A stretch of 37,287 nucleotides of DNA from an uncultured Lachnospiraceae bacterium (GTDB taxonomy: Bacteria > Bacillota > Clostridia > Lachnospirales > Anaerotignaceae): NCBI GenBank assembly GCA_964493235.1, contig CAZBNY010000001.1, positions 1-37,287 on the forward strand. Reading direction: 5' to 3'. Numbering within the stretch: position 1 is the first letter of the stretch; every line of letters begins with the position of its first letter. Position numbers and translations under genes: made by a program. Positions 36,443 to 37,287 of the stretch are shown here, piece by piece. The notes under the pieces were generated by a model that saw nothing but the letters and a program-made list of their open reading frames with translations, was not told the DNA's origin and ran no database searches.

Positions 36443-36940
36443 TTAATACTTCAAGCCGGCCTTTTCAATATGCTCAAGGCAGTATTTGGAAACAATGCCG
36501 ATGACGATCCCCGTCACCGCTCCGGCGACAAGCAGCGCCGGAACATAGAACATAAGTCCGGGCGTGTTCAGCACGAGTGCCGCGACCCCTATCTGGGCAA
36601 TGTTGTGCGTTACGCCGCCAAGAACACTTACACCTATTATTCCGGAGGATCTTATTTTCTTTGCCAAAGCCATTACGATAAAGCTTGCCGCCGCTCCCGA
36701 CAGGCTGTATAAAAAGCCTGAAAAGCCGTTAAAAAGCAGCGCTGAAATAAGCACTCGGATAATATTTATGCCTATCGCGGCTTTATTTCCCATAAAATAC
36801 ATCGCAATGACGACTATTACATTCGCCAGTCCCAGTTTGATCCCGGGAACAGGTATCGGCATCTGTACCATTGCCTCCACATATCCCATCAAAATAGCCA
36901 ATGCGGCGAATATTCCGTAAAAAGCAACTTTTTTGCTCAT
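36443..36940 (-). CDS. Gx transporter family / heptaprenyl diphosphate synthase component I-like membrane protein
   Basis: YVE...P..VPGIKLGLAN, SLSG, GVSVLGGVTHNIAQ. Confidence 0.9.
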   Translation of the reverse strand: MSKKVAFYGIFAALAILMGYVEAMVQMPIPVPGIKLGLANVIVVIAMYFMGNKAAIGINIIRVLISALLFNGFSGFLYSLSGAAASFIVMALAKKIRSSGIIGVSVLGGVTHNIAQIGVAALVLNTPGLMFYVPALLVAGAVTGIVIGIVSKYCLEHIEKAGLKY

Positions 36941-36953
36941 AGTCCCTCCAAAA

Positions 36954-37283
36954 TCACTCTATCTCAACAATGACCTTGTGCGGCAGGCACACGATCGTTT
37001 CATCGAGCTTGCTTATCTCCTTCTGGTTTACGCAAAGTCCGTCTCGGCAGTCAGCGTCAATGACGTCGGCATAGCCGTCCTTTATCACCACATCATTATA
37101 TCCCTCTGCCGTCTCCACTCTGAGGCTTGTATCCTCGTCCAAAGGAAGCCTTGCGTACTCGTCTCCGTCAACATAGATCACGGCCTCGCCGCCCTCGCTC
37201 TTTGGCGAAAACACGCCTCCGGCGTAAAGTATGGCCGCCGCCGCTATTACAACGGCAATGATAATTATATCAAATTTTTTCGT
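36954..37283 (-). CDS. NusG domain II-containing exported protein (apparent ACG start)
   Basis: YNDVVIKDG...DADCRDGLCV....IS.....IVCLPHKVIVEI; frame extends upstream of the tracked GTG through a TM anchor to ACG-AAA-AAA-TTT-GAT (xKKFDIIII). Confidence 0.85.
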   Translation of the reverse strand, partial: TKKFDIIIIAVVIAAAAILYAGGVFSPKSEGGEAVIYVDGDEYARLPLDEDTSLRVETAEGYNDVVIKDGYADVIDADCRDGLCVNQKEISKLDETIVCLPHKVIVEIE

Positions 37284-37287
37284 TTAG

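Overview
A gene-dense, mostly housekeeping chromosomal segment of a spore-forming Clostridia bacterium (Bacillota; Lachnospirales-like gene content, by inference). The minus strand carries aspB-asnS-nudF, an M19 dipeptidase, a TIGR03960/TIGR03936 radical-SAM pair with RNase G and rny, glnS-hyp-5FCL-proA-queH, an MBOAT/SGNH O-acylation pair, a Ca2+ P-type ATPase, recD2-comF, rhomboid-hyp-UDG-GntR, yaaL-bofA and NusG-II/Gx. The plus strand carries a small DUF1540 gene missed by the ORF track, a 2-hydroxyacid dehydrogenase, DUF5721, CIRCE-preceded htpG, a TetR regulator, a propeller/coiled-coil orphan, a frameshifted stalk/IseA-like surface protein, a TIGR01212 radical SAM and DUF4364. I saw no tRNA, rRNA, CRISPR array, transposase or prophage gene. 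The best leads are: a ~430-nt hairpin-packed intergenic element with a twice-repeated GTGC/GTCAAAC internal-loop module; the unsolved radical-SAM pair coupled to two ribonucleases; probable non-AUG starts (AUA for RNase Y, ACG for NusG-II); a cysteine-free family-4 UDG behind a sigmaF-like promoter; and an A7 frameshift in a surface protein. Family names come from motif recognition, not database searches.
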